Below are positions 23,380 to 34,381 of a DNA stretch of 64,000 nt, piece by piece. The DNA comes from Paramoeba atlantica. Taxonomy: Eukaryota > Protista > Discosea. Every line of letters starts with the position of its first letter. Within the stretch, counting starts at the first letter, position 1. The position numbers were made by a program, and so were the translations under genes. The stretch covers positions 1 to 64,000 of the forward strand of contig CDRNVI010000098.1 of NCBI GenBank assembly GCA_977017575.1, read 5' to 3'. A model generated the notes under the pieces. The model was not told the DNA's origin and did not search any database. It was given only the letters and a program-made list of their open reading frames with translations.

Positions 23380-24106
23380 ATCGAAAAAAAAGTTTCTGAT
23401 GATCGCTTACTTAGTAATGCAGAAAATGCCGATCAGTAAGAACTAATACGTGATTTAAACTTTGTAGATTAGTACCCAGAATGTCCGCCGTCATTTTCTA
23501 ATTCGGAGTCTTTTGTGTTTAGGGTTTGTAGGTCTTGTTTTCATAGTTTCACAAAAGGGAAAAATGTACGTGAGGGATACAAATTTGCTAAACATCATGT
23601 TTTATATTCCATGAGAGCTCTAAGGAGCCATTAAGAAAGAAATGCAGCAAGGCTATTAGCTATAAGGACGAGATTCATCAAACGCGATTAAAACGAGAAA
23701 AAATGCAAAGGACATAATTTCATAAAACATAAAAAAATGCAAAAAAATGGGTGCGCTCCAGAAAAATGGTATCAAAAAACCATGTTTTTTGGACCTAGGG
23801 GGTCCCAGGGGGTCCCTATGAAAAAAAGGCGGCAAAGGCCTTCGCCAGGAAAACCTTCCCGACCCGTCTCCGAAACACACAACTCGCAGACAATTCAACA
23901 TCCCTTTTTGTTCTCCAAAATCAGAAAACCCTTCCTTTTAAGTAGTTCCGGAAGCATTCTCCAGTCGCTTCCGGTCCCCTAGAAAAAAGGTCGGGGTGTG
24001 TCCATTAGCTCAAACAATTTGGCACAGGATTGCAGGGGCGGGTTACATGGGTTCTAATGTCCCAGCCTTTATGGATGCTATCTTTAGCGTCCATAAAGTC
24101 TTTTGC

Positions 24107-26798
24107 GAGCGAACGCGGGCACAAATTAAGGAATGTCGCAAAGCGATCAAGCTGAGGGAGGAGGAAGCTACAATGCAACGCAGAGAACTAGGTGAAAGAT
24201 GGGCCGCACAGAGATTCTCTAGAAACTCGTGGACCGCGGCATCCGAAACGATTGATAAGCCTAACGGAAGAGAGGTAGAAAACACCGCATTTCCCAGCTG
24301 TGACAGATCTAGCATTGAATCATACTTTCAAGAAAGTTTTAACCCCAATGAGCAATCCTCGCGTCTCCCTCCTTCAGATCTACTAGGTCCGACAGCTAGC
24401 CAGCCAATGCAATGGAACCCGATCTCCCGTGAGGATGTCACTGCAGCTGTCACAATGAAGCGCAACGCCAGTTCTCCAGGAACCGACACGATAACTAACA
24501 AAATACTCAAAAACTGCCCATCGACACGCGAATACTTTGCATCTGTGTTCAACGATCTAATGACTTTCTCTGTGTGCCCGCTATCATGGAAAACCGCAGT
24601 AACCAGGCTGATATATAAAGCAGGTAGCAAAGAAAATCCGAAAAACTGGCGCCCGATCTCCCTTACTAGTGCTCTAGGTAAAACCTTTCACACGATCATC
24701 GCACATCGACTGACTCAACACCTGACTGAACACCATGTCATTGACCCTCAAATACAAAAAGGCTTTCTCCCTTCCATTAACGGTACACTGGAACACACCC
24801 AAACTCTTTGCTCACTCCTGCGACATTACCAGAAACACAAAACTCAATATTGCCTCGCACAACTCGACCTGAGCAATGCCTTCGGGTCTGTCCCACATCA
24901 TATCATACATGCCGCTCTGAAATGGGCCCAAGTACCGCCGGAGGTCATCCACTACATCAAAAATACCCTAACGGATGCGCACATGCGCATTAAGTGCTAC
25001 GAAGGTCTTACGCAACCTATCTCTATACGAAAAGGTGTCCTCCAAGGGGATACCCTCTCTCCTATTGTCTTCCTGATAGTGATGGAAATTGTTTTGCGAT
25101 ATGTCCGATTCTCCTGCCCGCACTTCGGTATGAAACTCCCAAACGGTCTGAACAACTTCCTTAAGGCTTTTGCTGATGACTTAACTATTCTTACTGAAAG
25201 CGACGGAGACATGCAACACGCACTTGATGCAGTTACCAAAGTGCTGGGCGAGCTAAGCCTTAAGATTAACGTGAACAAGAGTCGAATACAGTGCATGAGC
25301 ACCCGTAAAGGCGAGGAACATCCAGGCTATATGACAAGACGTCCGGAAATAAAAGTCTACGGAGAGACCATACCACACATATGTGATGTCGGTAGCACCT
25401 TCCTCGGGATGACCTTGGCACCGGGGTCCCAACAACTGAAAGAGCTGTTTCGTAAACTCGACTCAAAACTAAAACAGTGGATGGAGAACATCACACAAAG
25501 TGCCCACAGCCTTCCCGCTAAGCTTTTGATGTACAAAAATGCCGTTCTCTCACGTCTCCGTTTTCAGTTCGTTATTCACCCGTCGTTAATTTCACCCATC
25601 GTTATTCGGATCCGTGCTACGCCTTCAGAAGCGAGCCACGTCTCACATACGGAAATGGATAAACATGGCGCGTGCCGGAAGCTCTGAAGTCCTGTACTCT
25701 TGCCGAGGCTGGAACCTTACGAGTCTGTCAAAACTTTGGTACGAATGCACGGGAGAATCTATGACGCAAATGAACAAATCCAAAGATCCAAATGTCCTAC
25801 ATACACTTCGCATACGCATACAGGAAGAGCAACACAAACGTCAAAGAGGTCAAATACGACCCGCTACTTTAATTACAGAACATCTGGATGATCCCCGAAT
25901 GACTCGTCAACGGCTTCGTGAAGCACATGAGGAGGAAATAATCACGCGCTTGCAGCAACGCGCGCCCATCGCAGCCCTATGGTGGCAGTTTCCTACGGAT
26001 CCAGAAATGGCCCAAGAATTCGCTTCTGCCATAAATGGGATCCGGAATGCGAAGATCTCCCGCTTTGTAGCATCCGTCATGACTCTTACACCGCTCCCTT
26101 CCCGAGCAGCGCTTGTTCAATGGGGCCGCAGCACCTACAGTAACATGAAATGCCCTATTTGCAACGACCGAGTGCAAACCGTCAGACACACCCTTTCCGC
26201 CTGCACCACTTCACTTCAGCAAGGACGATATACTTTCCGTCATAACCTTGTCCTTGCCGAATTTGCGAAACATATTAGGGAAGCACAGGGAACTGAGTTT
26301 TCATATTTCGACCTACCAGGAGAGCGTAACCCACCAGCTTGGCTGAGGGAACACGATACACTGCTCCGTCCCGACGGTTACATTAAACTTCACAATGGGA
26401 CAGAGTTCCTCATCGAACTCACAGTCCCATGGGAGGAGAATGCGGAGAACGCTCATCGGAGAAAATCCGAGAAGTACAACATCCTTTTACATACACGGCG
26501 ACAGGAAAACCCGGACACCTACATAATAGCCTTTGAAATAGGTGCCCGGGGATTCCCCAATGGGTCATGCAAATATATTAATGCCATCTTTAACGGCGAC
26601 CATATTTTGGCCACAAAGTGTCGAGAAAGCATGACACAGATGGCCCTCAGGGGGAGTTACATACTCTGGGCTCGCCGAAATGAGGCGACATGGTCGGAGG
26701 AGGAAACGTATTGACATTGTCTTCTAAAAAGGGGGCAATCCCGTTGAATGCGGGTCATACCCCCGACTTACTCTACTGGAAAGTATGAAAAATAAAAA
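24107..26798 (+). mobile_element. 5'-truncated RLE-type non-LTR retrotransposon (HERO-like), copy 1
   Basis: RT motifs (NWRPISL, QKGF, DLSNAFGSVPH, GVLQGDTLSP, AFADDL), CPIC..HTLSAC knuckle, RHN, RPDG and ELTVPWE endonuclease; ends ATGAAAAATAAAAA. Confidence 0.92.
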
Positions 26799-26925
26799 TC
26801 TATTTACAGCTATTTCTACTTTGGGACCCTGCACTTTGTGACATGTTTTGGCATTTGTACGACGACTGTTTCACTCCTTTCGTAACGAACCTGCAACAGG
26901 CATCTCCATTTATTTTAAATACATT

Positions 26926-27510
26926 TCAAGACTCCTTTTGAACCCATAATGCAGGAATCTTCCACCATGCTTTAGTTGGAAAAATACTGCGAGCTATTGT
27001 TCCATTAAGCCCAGGATTCCCCAGTATAGCGAGTGTAGCAGTGGGCTTTGCAAGACTCGAGTGCACCAGACAGGAAAGATCCACAAATCCTGTGAATCGA
27101 CAATTCGATACATTTAATATATTAATGTTGGGGGGTAGATGGGTCAAGTCCAGCTCCCCTGTAAATAAATTGTTTTGAACCCACAAGTTCAGCAAAAGTT
27201 CAGGCAGGGCTGAGAAGTCAACATCGCCACCCAACTGATTCGTCATCACCCGGGCTCGTTGTATCGTACGCGGTAAATACAGCCAATGTAATGATCCTTT
27301 CAGCGCACGTGAATACCAGCTTACTTCGCTTATACTTTTAGATTCGTCACATTCCACACCGTTCCACTCGCAGGCAGGCGTATGCGTATCCCACGAGGGG
27401 TGCGGGTTCCTAACATCACGGACAAATTTAGCAAGTTCGTATTCTTGCGGCAGAGCAACGCCCTTTACCTTACCTGCGCGTGTCGCTGAGGATGTAGCAT
27501 CGGCTGCCAT
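26926..27510 (-). CDS. Short LRR protein (subfamily 2)
   Basis: Paralog of 22505 and 39991. Confidence 0.8.
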   Translation of the reverse strand: MAADATSSATRAGKVKGVALPQEYELAKFVRDVRNPHPSWDTHTPACEWNGVECDESKSISEVSWYSRALKGSLHWLYLPRTIQRARVMTNQLGGDVDFSALPELLLNLWVQNNLFTGELDLTHLPPNINILNVSNCRFTGFVDLSCLVHSSLAKPTATLAILGNPGLNGTIARSIFPTKAWWKIPALWVQKES

Positions 27511-27844
27511 AATAGGAGCGAAGAACGTGTCATAATATTCTCGGGAGTGAACTCGGATGAATCAAGACTAGTTCTAGAACAAAAAACATTGCAATCGAAA
27601 TTCTCTCAATCGTTTTCCGTACATTGTGCTGCCCCGCACATAAATAAACTTATAAATGACTATGCAGTTTATCATACCCCCCGGTATTCTGCGAAAGTAC
27701 GGATACCTTATGTTAAATAGCACTATGTAATTGCTGATTAAGTTGATTTGATGATCATGCGCTCGTTGGCACAGATATAATTCCCCTATTGCGATGGCCG
27801 ATATCACCACGAAGGTCCACTCGGGCCCTACATTGGGTCCACTG

Positions 27845-28367
27845 TAAACCCTGTTCTGGGTTAATGTGCCTATAGCTAATTATTGTGCCGGGGGGCACAA
27901 TAAGTGGGAAGGACCGCTATTATTATGCCCCCCGCAAGTAAAAAGGGGTCTTAAGACAATTTTCGCGACTGCTGCAGACCAGGCATTGCGGTAGTCGAAA
28001 AATCTAAACCAAAAAATTCATCACGTTGGCTTGGCATTGACATTTCATAAGTATTTTCGGCCTCTATAACAAAAAGGTACTGCGAAGCGGCGCCATTTTT
28101 TGGGGGGGGGCTTTTTCACGAAGGCTAATTAAAGGGCTGAAACCAGTAAAATGCAAACCCAGGTAAATACAGTCAGGTCCCAAGAGAAACCAATGGCAAA
28201 GGTATCTGGCGTTTTTTCGGTTATGGAGTTCGCTGGAGGATCCGGGTAGGGGGTCTAGGAGGCTACAGTGGGATATATGGAAGGTATTGGGGGTGACTAT
28301 AGCCACGTATTTTGCCTATAGCTGGTTATTGTGCCGGGGGGGGGCACAATTACTCGGAACAGGGTTA
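27845..28367. mobile_element. ~520-bp TA-flanked MITE-like element
   Basis: Imperfect TIRs AACCCTGTTC.G.GT.A.TGTGCC; internal TTATTGTGCC(G)nGCACAAT palindromes. Confidence 0.6.
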
Positions 28368-28671
28368 TTTTGTAATTAATGAGCAGATGTGGGTGAGGCC
28401 AAAACGAGATCACGCGAGATCACATGAGATCGCGCTAGCCCCTCAAATGAAACAGTTTGTTTTCGCAAATCGAAGAAAAGAACCGAATTAGAAGTTTTAA
28501 CTAGAAGACCTTTCTGTTGGAGAGGGGTTACGTTCTAAACATCGAAATGTAAAAGGGGTTCTGACAAGACACATGCATGTACGATCGAGGGGTCACCGCA
28601 ACTACTTTGTCTCTTGCAAAAGGATTGATAAATACTTAAAGTACGTTACTTGTAGAAACTCTGAGAGAATG

Positions 28672-29391
28672 TTACTCTACAACAACAAGATTCGTGTTCG
28701 AAACAATCTTAAGTATATTTTTTTTTAACTCTGGATGAAGTTTACTCACTGCTATTGTACCTTCGAGAAGGGTATTGTTCTCTAATGATAAACTCTCAAG
28801 GTTTTCGGGAAAAAATGAGAAATCAACGAATCCTTCAAAAGTATTGTCAGCCAAGTATAAAGCTTCCAGAGTGCGAGGAAGTGCCCCGAAATTAAGTTTT
28901 TCTGTCAATAAATTATCACTGATGTCCAAATACCACAAATCAGCAGGTAATTGTGTAAGGCATACATCACCATACAATTTATTTCTCTCCAGCCATGCGG
29001 CATTCAAACATTGCGGGAGCTCTGTGAGATCCGGATTTCCTGTGAACGTATTTCTCCCCAGAAAAAAATCTGTCAACTCTTCTAATCGAGAAAAATCGCT
29101 GAGTCCTATTTCACCACCGACAGAGTTGTATTCAATGTCAAAACTGGAAACGGATCTTGGAATATACTGAAATTTCATGAATCCTGTTAACTTTTTACCA
29201 CTCCAGCGTACCTCTTTAATTAGTTTATCTGCATCGCACGCTATGCCTTCCCATTCACAAGCCGAGCGGTCTGCGGTCCAACTCGCTGCTCGGTTATGTA
29301 AACCACTAGTGAGTCTCTCAAGATCGAATTCTTGTGGCACATTCACTGCACGAACCTTTGACGGACATGTTGAACGTTGAGGGTGATCCAT
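28672..29391 (-). CDS. Short LRR protein (239 aa)
   Basis: SWTADRSACEWEGIAC cap, LRRs. Confidence 0.85.
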   Translation of the reverse strand: MDHPQRSTCPSKVRAVNVPQEFDLERLTSGLHNRAASWTADRSACEWEGIACDADKLIKEVRWSGKKLTGFMKFQYIPRSVSSFDIEYNSVGGEIGLSDFSRLEELTDFFLGRNTFTGNPDLTELPQCLNAAWLERNKLYGDVCLTQLPADLWYLDISDNLLTEKLNFGALPRTLEALYLADNTFEGFVDFSFFPENLESLSLENNTLLEGTIAVSKLHPELKKNILKIVSNTNLVVVE

Positions 29392-29690
29392 TTTGCGGGA
29401 GAAGGTTCAGATATTCGGTAGGTAAAATAGACAATAGAATATAAACTTATATTGCTCTTTTGGTAATCAACATGCATGTAGCAGTGTTTGGAAGTTCGTC
29501 CCAATGCAATGCATCTCCAACCGGTAAAACCATTTGAAAAAATAATGAGTATCGTATACCATATACCAAGAGTCAAGTGTACCATATACCAGTGTAAAGT
29601 ACAGGTTAAGGCGAACCTAAACATTTACTTACTCTTTCGGTTCGCTCATCTCGCCTGGTCGGCTTTGTACACAAATGGGATACTGCACCG

Positions 29691-31784
29691 CTACCCGTTG
29701 GCACGTCCCCACGTAGAGCAGCGAATGTACCTTGCCTGCACGCCCTCCTCCGTTTCCCCGTCGTCGTACTCTACGCGATATCGAATGTGTTGAGGCGACA
29801 CCGATCGGTTCGGTTTCACAGGCGACAGCGCTATAATTTTTGCCCGACACCACAGTGTGCCTTGTTGCCACCGCACCTCCACGGTATCCCCCACATTATA
29901 TGGGGCTGCTTTTTGTGTGTTTTCAAATCCAATCGGGTTGGAAGGGGTTTCGAGGCTCAGCCTTGTTGTCGAAGCCATAAAGGTCTCGGATTTGGATGAC
30001 TCGGAAAGTCCAGATACGCCGGTAAAGGGTAACAGGGTAGTGCTGGAGATATTCGAATCGGGTTTCACATCCGTCCGTTTTCGTATACGCGTCGTTTCGG
30101 GGGAGTACACCTCCCTTCTCCTGTCACTGTCTTTGTTGGTAAAATTTGCTATCTTGGGCTCCGGCATGTCAGGAGCAGAGTGTGCAGTGACGTTCGGAGA
30201 GTGGGGATACTCGTTTTGATTTTTCGTCTTTCTGCATTCAGGCTCCTTGACGCAGCCATAATCCATATCCAAACAAAAGCGCGTGCCCTCCTCGAGATAA
30301 TGTCGTGGATTCAGCACAATGAGCACCACCGAAATGTCATCATGGAAGTGACGACGTTTCCCACATGGGATGGAGAGTAGATCGGGAAGACTCATGGCGT
30401 GAGCCGAGGCCACTTTGGTGCGCAGTGCGTGTCGGATTAAGTCCGCGGGCACGGCGCTGCACCACTCACTGGCATCCGCAGCCTCGGGTCGTGCAAAAAC
30501 CCGGAAAGGGCTGGATGCGGTCGAAGAGTCACGATGATGTACAAAGGAGGGAAACTGAGACTCGGCTGGGGTGTGTTTGTGAGTTGAAGGCAATTCTTTT
30601 GACTCCGAGGACGCCTTAATTTGTTCGTCTCTCCACACAACGCTTTTGGAGTGATTCTCCAAGTCTCGGTCCGGCAGGCATTCATCGGTAAATCGTTGAG
30701 CGGCTCTCCTTAACAGCCCGTCCGTGAGATACACAATCTCCTCATTTGTGAGTAAATTATGTAACCCATCGGACATCAAAACTACAAAAAGATCACTAAC
30801 GGAGACCAGACGAGAAGTAATCTCCGGGCTGGCATGGATATAAGGGATATAATCAGAATACGGCGTCATGGAGAGATTTTTATGTTTTAAATAACCGTCC
30901 CCGAGACTCCGGGTGACCATTAAGCTCCCCGCAACCCGCAAAGGGGCGCCTGGGACTTTCAAATGGAAAGGAGTACGGCGTAGGGGGGTGGGATCCGAGG
31001 TGCGGGCTTGAAGATCGGAAACCTCGGATTCGTTCTCAACATCGTGGTCCCGGGTCAGGGGAATGGCCTCGAGTATGGAGATGTATCCGTTCTGTGAGAT
31101 AGAACAGCTGCGCGTGCTCGAAATCCTGGACACGGGTGGCTCCATAGCAGAAAACGAAAATGGCTTTGATTTTTTTGACGCGGGTGAAATGATCCGGATT
31201 TTTTCTTCCTCCGCGAATTGCAAGGATGCGGATTGAGACGCCCTTTTTTCCTTTGAATTTTTACAGAACTGTGCTTCGTTATTTTCCAAATTAGCGTTTC
31301 CATACTCCCGAACAATACGCATCCTACTTCCTGACCTTCCTTTAGAAATTTTCATTTCCTTCGACATTTTCTCATTTTTTTCTGTTTCTTCTTCTCGCGT
31401 AATGCGACGGCGACACAACACAGCTCGACAGTCCCCGACATGGGCTGTCGTAATCCGCTCTTTTCCCAACACCAACGTCAGAGCACACGCCCCGGATGTC
31501 TTCTTCCGTACCCCCTCCGTAGCCAGAAATTCCCTGTCCATGTTCTCGTAGCTCGCGCGTAACGCTGCCTCGATGGAGCTCGCGTTTGTATTGTGGATTT
31601 GAGAAAAATAAGTATCCGCAATTTCGGGAAATTCTGCAGCACAATAGGAGGAGCATACCGGCCCTCCGTGGCCATCAAACAAGGAGAACAAGGCAAGGCT
31701 TTGGTTGCGAACATAGCCGAAGCAAGCGCGGTCCTCGTTGTGGGTGTTGGCTGCGACGGTCGCGAAAGAAACAGGGCGCGTCAT
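29691..31784 (-). CDS. PP2C-family phosphatase with C-terminal Tudor/Agenet-like domain
   Basis: NEDR, LFDGHGG, AHVGDCRAVL, TRSLGDGYLK, SDGL, HDDISV; C-terminus VGDTVEVRW...YRVEYDDGETE. Confidence 0.85.
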   Translation of the reverse strand: MTRPVSFATVAANTHNEDRACFGYVRNQSLALFSLFDGHGGPVCSSYCAAEFPEIADTYFSQIHNTNASSIEAALRASYENMDREFLATEGVRKKTSGACALTLVLGKERITTAHVGDCRAVLCRRRITREEETEKNEKMSKEMKISKGRSGSRMRIVREYGNANLENNEAQFCKNSKEKRASQSASLQFAEEEKIRIISPASKKSKPFSFSAMEPPVSRISSTRSCSISQNGYISILEAIPLTRDHDVENESEVSDLQARTSDPTPLRRTPFHLKVPGAPLRVAGSLMVTRSLGDGYLKHKNLSMTPYSDYIPYIHASPEITSRLVSVSDLFVVLMSDGLHNLLTNEEIVYLTDGLLRRAAQRFTDECLPDRDLENHSKSVVWRDEQIKASSESKELPSTHKHTPAESQFPSFVHHRDSSTASSPFRVFARPEAADASEWCSAVPADLIRHALRTKVASAHAMSLPDLLSIPCGKRRHFHDDISVVLIVLNPRHYLEEGTRFCLDMDYGCVKEPECRKTKNQNEYPHSPNVTAHSAPDMPEPKIANFTNKDSDRRREVYSPETTRIRKRTDVKPDSNISSTTLLPFTGVSGLSESSKSETFMASTTRLSLETPSNPIGFENTQKAAPYNVGDTVEVRWQQGTLWCRAKIIALSPVKPNRSVSPQHIRYRVEYDDGETEEGVQARYIRCSTWGRANG

Positions 31785-32011
31785 ATAAAATCGTACAAAG
31801 TATACCGCAAGGTGATATAAATGGTAAGTCGGAGTTGTGAGTTAGAACTAATTCTTCTTAAACCACCGGTGTGAACTGTAGTTAAGGTTGGTGAAAGAAA
31901 ATGATAATATAATAATAATAATAATGATAATATAATAATAAAGTTTACTTTCTGCAATATTACACATATAACTATGAACAAAAACTAGAAAGATATAGAA
32001 AATTTATTGCT

Positions 32012-32350
32012 TTAGTCTTCCACGGTTATCAGCGTGTTCACCCAACTTTTCTGTCCAGTGCAGCAGTGTTTCTGTCCCTCTAATAGCCAACGGTAGCCCT
32101 GTAAGACGAACCTGTTCATACATTTCTCGATTATCGTCCAACAACAAACCATGCAATCCCCACGGAAGAGCAGCAAAATCGAAAAACCCCGAAAAACGAT
32201 TTTTAGATATACTGTAGATAAGAAGGCTAACGATCGAGGGAGAAGTGATACATCAATTTCCCCAGTAAATAGATTTCCTGTTAAACAAAACGATTCCAGT
32301 CCAGGGGGCAAAACTGTAAAGTCCACTGACCCCGCAAGTCCGCAATAAGC
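32012..32350 (-). pseudogene. LRR gene fragment
   Basis: DFTVLPPGLESFCLTGNLFTGEIDVSLLPRSL, then degenerate. Confidence 0.6.
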
Positions 32351-32370
32351 AGCAGAAAAATGAATGATTA

Positions 32371-33011
32371 TTGATGGAAAGTGCTCTCACTTTAGGTTTC
32401 CACCCAGATCGTACAAGGCCCATTGTATTTCATCGATGTTACCAGAGGAGCTTTGCATTGTTTTTATGCCATTCCACTCACATACAGGATCCTAACATTA
32501 TTCGAAATTCTTCATTATCAATAGCATTCTTACGTATGTATTTTATACGTTCTAACCCTCCTGTCTCCCGGTGGCGTTTAACCCATCGAGAGACAGTTGC
32601 TTCACTGCATTTCGTAAAAGCAGCACTGTCTGCAATCGAACGCCCCTGGTTTTGTATCTCATGGACGCAAAATACACGTGTTTCATAAGTGATTTGTTGC
32701 GTCCAGAAGGTGCGCCTCTGGCGGCGAAGTGTTTTCGGCATAAAATGGGTTAGAAAGAGTTAAATGGTATTTTATTCATAGTTTGATGCGCTAGAATGAC
32801 AAAAAATGATAAAAATCTGATTTTTTGCAGAATTTGTGGTTAAGAATTTCAGTAATTTATTCTCAAGTCGTCATATCTGCTTCAGGGGCGGCAACAATGG
32901 TGCCAGTAGTCTTAAAATTTCGTGATCTGTTGAATGCCGTAGGAATTAGGTCAAAAGCTCGCACGATACAAATTTTAGACCCCCTCCACCTTTTTCGTGA
33001 CCCCCCCTGTA
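32371..33011 (-). mobile_element. Truncated Tc1/IS630-like element (HTH N-terminus); 5' part duplicated at 39537-39880
   Basis: ORF 32478-32741 GRSIADSAAFTKCSEATVSRWVKRHRETG; candidate terminus TA-CAGGGGGGGTC at 33011. Confidence 0.55.
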
Positions 33012-33306
33012 TAGTAGCGATGCCGCATTTTATGCATACCCCCTTACTATTCGCAATAAAAAAAGTTAAGAACACGATCCTACGAATATTGAGACGGATA
33101 GGTTCGCGTAATAAATACGTTTCAAGACTCTTCTTGAATCCACGACGGAGGAATGTTCCACCATGCTCGAGTAGGCATGTGACTCGGGCTATTGTTCCAT
33201 TAAGCCCAGGATTCCCTGTTATGTCGAATCCAGCAACAGGCTTTGCAAGATTCGAGTGCACCAGACAGGAAAGATCCACAAATCCGGTGAATTGACAATT
33301 GGATAG

Positions 33307-33775
33307 TGTTTTATCATGCACTTATAGTGCAGAGATTTACTCACCATGTCCTTATCCCGCATACGACGGGTGGATCATGTGAGGTTTCGTCCTCGCCGGA
33401 GGTGTGCGGGTGCGGAGAGCTGGCGTCCCAGGTGCAGAGAGCTCGGTTGTCATGTGCAGGTGCAGAGAGCCGGATGCGTAATCCCCATATTACAGTTTCG
33501 GGGGCAATCCGGGTGCAGAGAGCTGCGACAGAGCCGAGGTGCGGAGAGCTGGGCGACCGCCAGGTGCAGAGAGCCGAGTCTCGTCGGCGGAGGACACGTC
33601 TAGTGGTCCTCAAGGGAGGCCACCGTGACGCATGGCCCTCTCGGAGAGGAAAAAGACAAGTCGAAAAAAAGCCGAGAGGGGGAAGCACACTCACTCCAGG
33701 GGAGTGAGTCGGGGAGGGGTGAAGTGGTGAAAGCGCGTCCCCTGCTTCAGCGACAAGAGGGACAGTTCCGACCTT
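33307..33775 (-). mobile_element. Element X copy 2
   Basis: Near-identical to 2677-3144; inserted in an LRR segment at GGATA^(CA)TTTAACAC. Confidence 0.8.
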
Positions 33776-33880
33776 AGTGCCGGCCGGCAACGGGCATGAA
33801 AATACAGTAAGAGTATGCCCGTTGCCGGGGAAAGAAAGGATGAACTAAGGAAAAAGTACCAACAAGGTACAGAAACTGTA
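33776..33880 (-). ncRNA. Spliced-leader RNA fragment (last 21 nt of exon plus ~84-nt putative intron)
   Basis: TACAGTTTCTGTACCTTGTTG|GTAC: euglenozoan SL core followed by a GT donor. GTACC-TTGTT-GGTAC stem spans the donor; 14-bp hairpin at 33784-33828. No clear Sm site seen. Confidence 0.65.
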
Positions 33881-34321
33881 GGTCATGATCATACGCTCGT
33901 GGCGCAGAGATACGTCTCTCTGTGTGACGGCCGATACCATCGGCGCATGACCCGCATACGACGGGTGTCACACAGAGAGTGGAGTGCGAGGTAGGAGACG
34001 AGACGCCCATCGGTCATGCTACAGCACGTATAGCCATGGTTCATGCTGCAACACGGTCAAGCCGTGGGTTCATGCTGTCAGATGGTCTATCGTGGATCAT
34101 GATGCATCATGGGGAGGTCCGTTACCGCCGCACTCGCTACAGCATGTAGGGAGAGAGGGGTGCAAGTTCGCATCCCCTATACACGCATACAACGTGTCCT
34201 CCCGCTGTAGCACGCCCAGTGGTCCTCAAGGGAGGCCACCATGGCGCATAGCTCCCGGGAGAAGAAAGCACGAGAAGGAGAGAGCCGGGCTTTAGCACAG
34301 CCGGGCTTTAGAGAGCCGGGC
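33881..34321 (-). mobile_element. Element Y: second structured SINE-like element related to X
   Basis: Shares CCCGCATACGACGGGTG and AGTGGTCCTCAAGGGAGGCCACC with X; otherwise dissimilar. Confidence 0.7.
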
Positions 34322-34381
34322 TTTAACACATCAATGTTGGGAGGTAAATGAGCAAAGTCCAGCTCGCCTGTGAATAAATTG

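Larger units (their letters stand above)
32668..34381. repeat. Left copy of a ~700-bp direct repeat flanking LINE copy 2 (contains the 33307-34321 insertion)
   Basis: 32668-33305 plus 34322-34381 match 39537-40237 with a few substitutions. Confidence 0.85.

Noticed and set aside
23984-24106. Third SINE-like element fused to the 5' end of LINE copy 1 (AAAAAGGTCGG like the X 5' end; 14-bp hairpin at 24067-24098)
   Set aside because: Only an 11-nt match, neither shared module is present, and there is no second copy.
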